Source: Cetorhinus maximus
Lineage: Eukaryota
Assembly (NCBI RefSeq): GCF_964194155.1
Contig: NC_135897.1
Coordinates: forward strand, 77,872,001 to 77,936,000
Length of the DNA: 64,000 nucleotides
Direction of reading: 5' to 3'
A program made the position numbers and the translations under genes. Every line of letters begins with the position of its first letter. Positions within the stretch are counted from its first letter, which is position 1. The notes under the pieces were generated by a model, which ran no database searches, was not told the origin of the DNA, and saw only the letters and a program-made list of their open reading frames with translations. This document shows positions 59,495-64,000 of the stretch, in pieces.

Positions 59495-61298
59495 GCGCAT
59501 CGCATGGGTAAAGATGAATAGGTTTGACCCAATGGCCATTATTGAGACTTAGTTGCAAAGTGACCAAGGTTGGGAACTAAATATTCCAGGATACTTAGCT
59601 TTTAGAACAGATAGGCAAAATTAAAAAAAGAGAGTTTGTCCTGATAGCAGGACCTGAGAACCAGCAAGGGACACAGCACATTGGCGGGAATAGCTTCTAG
59701 GCCTCCTAACAGTAATTGGAATGTAGAGCATGGTATAAATTAGGAAATAAGAGTCACATGTAATAGGGCAATACAGTAATCATGGGAGACTTTAATCTTC
59801 TTTTGGACTGAGCAAACTAAATTTTCAGTAATAGGGTGGAGGATGATTTTATGGAAAGTATGCAAGATAGTTTTCTAGATCAATATGACGAGGGACTAAT
59901 AGGGAGCTGGGTATCTTGGATCTAGTACTGTGCAATGAGAAAGGGTTAATTAATAACCTTGTAGTTAAGAAGCCTCTAGGGAAGAGTGATCACAATATGA
60001 AATAATTTTATACTGAGATTGAAAGTGATTTAGTCAAGTCTGAAAATGGGGCCTTAAATCTATACAAAGGAAACTACAAAGGTATGAGGGGCAAGTGGCT
60101 CAGATAGATTGGGAAATTGCATTAAAAAGATATGATGGTGAATAAACAATGGCTAGCATTTAAAGAATTAATTACAAGTCTGAGGATTGGGAGGATTTTA
60201 GAATTCAGCAAAGGAGGGCCAAGAAATTGAAAAGAAAAGAGAATATTTGAGTAGATTAGCAAGAGACATAAAAACAGATTGCAAACATTTCTGTAGGTAT
60301 GTAAATAGGAGGAGAATAGTGAAAGTAAATGTGAGCCCATTAGCGGCAGAAATTATAATGTGGAATAAAGAAAAAGCAGAGATATGAAACAAATACTTTG
60401 CAGCTGTCTTCACAGTAGAAGACACAAAAACCATTCCAGAAATAACGGAGAACCAAGGGTCTAGCAGGAATGAGAAACTTAAGAAATCAGTATAGGTAAA
60501 GAAGTAATACTGGAGAAATTAGTGAAACTAAGTAGCAATAAATCTGCTGGACCTGATGACCTGCATCCTAGGGCTTTAAAAAAGGTAGCTGCAGAAATAG
60601 TGAGTGGATTGGTTTTAATCTTACAGAATTCTTTAGATTCCTGAACAGTTCACAAGAATTGAATGGTAAGAAACATAACTGAAGAAAGGAGGAGGGGAGA
60701 AAAAAGAGAATGAAAGGTGAGTTAGCTTAAGTGGGCAAAAGCTAGAACCTATTACTGGGGACATGATAACATTGAGAACTTGATAATATGGTTAGCAGAG
60801 TCAACATGACTTTATGAAAGGGAAACAAGTTTGACAAATCTGTTATTGGATGTAGTGTACTTGGATTTTCAAAAAGCATTCAATAAGGTGCCAAACAAGA
60901 GGGTATTACATAAAATTAGGACTCATGAGATTGGGGATAATATGTTAGCATGGACTGAGGGTCGGTTAATGGATAGGAAACAAAGAGTAAGAATATACAG
61001 GACATTTTCAGGTTGGCAGGCTGTGATGGGGTACCGCAAGGATCAGTACTTGGGTCTCGGCTCTTTACACTCATATAAGTCATTCATATAGATTGTAATG
61101 TGTTTGTGTTTTCTGAGGATACAAATTTAGGTGGGAAAAGTAAGCATTGAGGAGGATGCAAAGAGACTTCGGAGAGATAGAGACACGTTGGACGAGTGAG
61201 CAAGAACATGGCACATGGGACACAATCTGATTTTGTTGAATGGTGAAGCATGCTCAAAGGGCCAAGTGACATATTCCATTTTCTGTTTCTTATTTTAT
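59495..61298 (+). mobile_element. Old, internally deleted CR1/HER1 ORF2 (endonuclease to RT) with 3' tail
   Basis: MAIIET, IMGDFNL, ILDLVLCNE, KSDHN, KSAGPDDLHPRALK, DVVYLDFQKAFNKVP, FSEDTNLG. Confidence 0.88.
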
Positions 61299-61489
61299 AA
61301 GGAAAGACAGCATATATTTTGCACTTTCCTTGGGTCCTGATTGTTTGAGTTTGTTTAATGCAGCTTTTTATGGTACTGAGATTCCAAGGAAATTTCAGTG
61401 TAAGCTGATGCTGCTAAGATCTGCATTGAATTCTTATTCAGATCAGATCGAGTGAATTCCAGCCCAGTTAGTTATTTGCAACAGTTAAG

Positions 61490-62085
61490 TGGTCTAGATA
61501 TGATTAGTTGTAAGAAATTTAAGGCACAGAACAGAAAAAACTTATTTCTTTTTACGCAGTTGCTTGTGAGACAGTGGAACATACTACTCACCATGTCAAC
61601 TTTTTAAGAATGGTTGAGATAGGTGGTTGAAGGAAAGGGTGATAAAGGAACAGGGTGACATCCTAGACTCCTGTTCACGTGGAGTGTAAGTACCAAAACG
61701 GACTGGTCAGGATAAATGCCTTCTTACTATGCTGTAATTTCTATATAACCCAGTATTCAGTGAAACAGTGATAAAGGGGCTTTATATAATCATAATCGCA
61801 AAATGAATTAAGAGAGTTAGCAAAGTCTTTATACAGAAGATACTTAGAATGTGGAAGATCCTGTCTGAACAATTACTGGAGCAAAGTCTACAAATTCTTT
61901 TAAAATGAAATTTTATGGTTTCTTGCAAAAATGTAAAAATATTCGAGGAGAACAGATAGGCGAATGGGATTGAAGTGGGGGACTTCTGTGGAGATAAACA
62001 CCAGTGCAAACTTAACAACCTGAATGACCTGTTTCTGAGCCATAGCATTCTACAATTCTATAAATGCTGTAAAAGCTTTTCATTC
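61490..62085 (+). mobile_element. Two very old CR1 3' tails (61490-61745 and 61840-62085)
   Basis: ttctttttacgcag..gtggaacatact..; gtggagataaacaccagtgc..tgaatgacctgtttctgagc. Confidence 0.5.
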
Positions 62086-62842
62086 GACCTTTTCCAATGT
62101 TCTTTGCAATACAATGGACAGATGTTGATATGTATACAAACAATACTGCACCAGTTAGTCCAATATAAATCGATTAGCCTTTAATATAATAATAGCTTGG
62201 GTGAATAAGCAGAGACTAACGAGAAAAATTATCTTATTCCATATCATTTCAGATAGAAAAGATCACCCAAGCTTTGTTCTTGGCGTTCATTGTCCGTGTC
62301 ACATAAAACATAGTAAGATTATTTCCTTATAGTCACTTGTCCCACATATTACTTTCTCTTTAATTGTCTTAGAATTTAAAAAGTTCCTTGTTCACACCCT
62401 TCTGTGAATCACATGGCCATATTATTCTGCAGTCATGATATCAGTCTAAGTGTAATTTGACCTACTTTTAATTGTTATAGGCATTGTTTTTATATTATGT
62501 GTTTACATTAAAATAAACAAGAGCGTGAATTTAAGGCTGTAATTTGAACTTTGTCTTTTGTTCTTTACAACATTATCTCATCTCTATGGTAACTAAAAGG
62601 CTTGATTTTCCTGCTGGGAAATCTGCAATGGTCTGCCCTGTGCTCAGACCTTCTGGAGGGTATTTTACAAAAAGACTTTTTCTTTGTTTTTCTTAGTTTC
62701 CCTGGCATACTTTCAATAAGGCCACACCCTCTAGATCACCTGAAACAACTTGGTGTAATAGTGAGCTCATAATGTGATTGTAGTTTTATTTCTGGCTCAT
62801 CTTGTAGGGTGATTATGGAGATTAGAATAGGTCAGGCCTCAG

Positions 62843-63285
62843 TCATAGACATTTACTGCAGGGAAGGAGGCCATTGGCCCATCATATCCACGCTGGCTAA
62901 CAAGGAGCCATCCAGCCTAATCACACTTCCCAGCTCTTGGCCCATAGCCATGTAGGTTATGGCACTTCAAGTGCATATCCAAGTATATTTTAAATGCAAT
63001 GAGGGTTTCTACCTTTACCACTCTTTTAGGCAGAGTTCCAGATCCCCACCGCCCTCTGGGTGCAAAAGAATCCCTCAAATCCTTTCTTAACCTCCTACCT
63101 CTTACCCTATATCTGTGCCTCTTGTTATGGACTACTCAACCGAGGGGAAAAGGACATTTCTATCCACTCTATCTACACCCTTCATAATTTTATACACTTC
63201 AATTAGTTCCAAAGAAAACGACCTTAGCCTATCCAATCTTTCCTCATAACTAAATTTCTCCAGTCCGGGCAACAGCGTCGTAAGT
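62843..63285 (-). mobile_element. CR1 3' fragment
   Basis: LLPGLEKFSYEERLDRLRSFSLELIEVYKIMKGVDRVD; tail catagacatttactgcagggaaggaggccatt. Confidence 0.88.
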
Positions 63286-64000
63286 TCAAGGATAGTGCGA
63301 CTTTCTCCAGCAGCAGTCTCTCCTACATTCTTTATATTGCTCACAAATTACATAACATCAGAATGGGGAGGACAGCTCTTGAGCATGCAGCTTGGCCTAT
63401 GCTTGGCTTTTCAATTGTATTGTTCAACATCAGAGGGAAACATCAAACCTCTCACTGGTTATCCTCATTGTCAAGAGGGGACTCTTAGATGTCTTAGCAA
63501 GGTGTTGGCCTTTTGACCAAGGATGAAAGAAAGTTGACCATTACAAGTGTTCAGACTACAGGGTTTAAGATGATGGCCTTTGCACTGTATGGGTAAAAGT
63601 GACACGCCTGCATGGCAATAGGAATATAGCTGTTTTAATTATGCCAACGGCAATATGTAATTAAGGAACCCTGCTTCCTGAAATTACATAAAATTAGTAC
63701 TTAGTTCTTGAAAGCTTTCAGAAACAAAGTTTTGATTCATTTAGGGCTTTTCCAAATCCTGGAAATATTCTGTTGTAAAGGCCCAGTGATCACTAACCTG
63801 ATACGAAGCCATGTGAGCATCTGAGTGGTACCCCCTCCAAACACCCAGACGGTAAAGCACACAATCAGCAGGGTCGTGGTGAACATCATCTGTTTGGGTT
63901 TTGAGTCGGTGTCTCGGATTGCCAGCGCAAACGCAATGGCACCTCGCAGGCCTTGGGAAGCAAATGGTCCAATTATTAATTAATAATTAATACACAAGAC

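Noticed and set aside
4277-63285. Minus-strand bias of CR1/HER1 copies as evidence of a plus-strand host gene
   Set aside because: About 10 minus versus 7 plus copies by my count; too few to be informative.

Overview
Vertebrate, almost certainly shark/elasmobranch, non-coding DNA (gene desert or very large intron). The taxon is inferred from repeat families recognised from memory: HER1-type CR1 LINEs, SacSINE1/DeuSINE-type SINEs and L2 tails. No host protein-coding gene, rRNA, true tRNA or CRISPR array is supportable. The interpretable ORFs in the track are retroelement or transposon remnants or their antisense shadows. Content: many 5'-truncated CR1/HER1 LINEs; a second CR1-clade LINE family (here 'LINE-B'); L2 tails; DeuSINE-type SINEs; decayed PIF/Harbinger transposons (one near-complete two-gene copy plus many MITEs); solo-LTR-like elements; two old minisatellites; and several nested insertions. 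Most notable: (i) three short Penelope-type elements carrying minimal hammerhead-ribozyme motifs, all apparently decayed; (ii) a LINE-B copy whose endonuclease ORF lies directly behind a tRNA-like head with no ORF1, plus a SINE that shares its head and tail; (iii) unique homeodomain-motif-rich blocks that may be conserved enhancers; (iv) a possible LTR-driven spliced micro-exon. Boundaries were read by eye and are approximate unless a TIR or TSD is quoted. No database searches were run.
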